Origin: Xylographa opegraphella
Lineage: Eukaryota
NCBI GenBank assembly: GCA_022813865.1
Contig: JALDZX010000010.1
Location: 310,001-374,000, forward strand
Direction: 5' to 3'
Length of the DNA: 64,000 bases
The translations under genes and the position numbers were made by a program. Numbering within the stretch: the stretch's first letter is position 1; every line of letters starts with the position of its first letter. The notes under the pieces were generated by a model that saw only the letters and a list, made by a program, of their open reading frames with translations, searched no databases and had not been told where the DNA came from. Below, one piece after another: positions 62,771 to 64,000 of the stretch.

Positions 62771-64000
62771 CATTCTGAAACACCAATATAGGAGTCATAC
62801 AGAGAAAGAGGCAGTATCGTGGCGCCAGAGCATAGGCCCTATGCAGCTATGATAGGCATTCTGGGTCTTCCAATTAGGCTATTCTGGTTTGCATGGACTT
62901 CAAGACAGGACATACATTGATTCAGTCAGTTTGGACAGCTGTGCCACTTGTACGGGAAAGCCTGTGTCTTTGTAAGTTATACTACCACTGCAGAGCAAAC
63001 GGTGGGCCGAATTCATTATTGCGAAGCCTCGGCAGCTCTATGTCTGGTAGGCACATCCAGCCAACGACAAGAATATCCACTATGGCAGTGAATGGCTTTG
63101 CTCGCTGTCTCGGGGGGTGGGGCTCGATGTCTTTGGGGGGTGGCTTGCGCTGTCTTTGGGGGTAATTTACCCTGTCTTCAACATACAGCGTGAGCTTGGG
63201 TGTCCTTAGATTACACCAGAAAATATGCTAATGGAGGCAGTGTTTAACAGGTCTCGGAATCGCGAGGACTACAGGATAACTAGGATGCATGTATAGATTG
63301 GACTCCTCTTGATTCCTTTGGGGATTCTTTGCGGCCCTCTTCCAGGATGGGCTTTGCACCAGGTGGTCGAGCAATTACACGAGTATCAAAGCTTGAAACA
63401 ATGCACATAATGCTCGGGTCTTATCGATGTCTTGCAACCAGAAGGAAAGATTAAGGGGATGACAGAAGTAGTATGGAAGAATTGGCACTTCTCTGCTGTG
63501 TGACAGCTGGCGCGAAGGACGCTGCAGACACCGGTGGCTTGGTGACAGGGGATTTGTCTATCAAACGAAGTGGGTAGCTACGCATGTGGATGCGGAAACG
63601 AGGGATGGCGAGTAAAACGTGGATTTATACGTAAGAGGAGGCTGCATGGGTGTTGCCGATACGTATGTTTGCAGGTGGACACGCTGGTAGAGAGAACTTG
63701 GTTTAAATACGACGGCTTCTTTGACATATAGGCGACCTTATGAGACCGTGCTCCGTACATGTATATTTAATCTGAATAGTCTCGACCCGCCCACTTTGTC
63801 TAGGGCAAAAAGGAGGCGGGTATGTATGCGAGAGGCGTGCTATGTATGATACGATGCTTAGCCCCTGTGCGCCACCAAGGGCCTAGACTGTGATGGACCA
63901 CTGCTCGTCATCAGACGAGAACGACAGCAGCAGTGATGAAAGCCGCCTTCGCACGGCTGTGGATGACAGAAAGGCAGCTCTTCGTCGACGCTGGAACAGC

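Overview
This is gene-dense, intron-containing nuclear DNA from a filamentous ascomycete (Pezizomycotina-like; inferred from short GT-AG introns with CTRAC/CTGAY branch points and from the protein sequences). About 23 protein-coding genes can be rebuilt by manual splicing. In order: a 3-exon orphan, a DgoD-like galactonate dehydratase, LCB1, FKS1, a GH72 Gel/Gas glucanosyltransferase, a GCNA-like SprT protein, MOG1, BUD20, ACO1, Nsl1/Mis14, SEC14, GAR1, a threonyl-tRNA synthetase, an Slm1-like BAR-PH protein, NDUFA9, RPN9, GAA1, a LURP-one-like protein, a CBM48 (Mdg1/Crp1-like) protein, a Trf4/Cid-type nucleotidyltransferase, TPS2, a small ABM/Dabb-like protein, and a large disordered orphan. 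The last 4 kb look like decayed coding sequence. I recognised no tRNA, rRNA, CRISPR array or intact transposon, and most of the window is housekeeping DNA. I found no clear novel multi-gene system. The best leads are: a natural F-to-Y change at FKS1 echinocandin hot spot 1; a possibly mitochondria-targeted non-canonical poly(A) polymerase; several unusual splice architectures (a NAGNAG stop switch in GAA1, a splice-dependent uORF in FKS1, a possible nested intron, GC-AG and GAG-acceptor introns); and a recurring C-rich 5' / G-rich 3' switch within genes. Family names come from motif recognition only; no database search was run.
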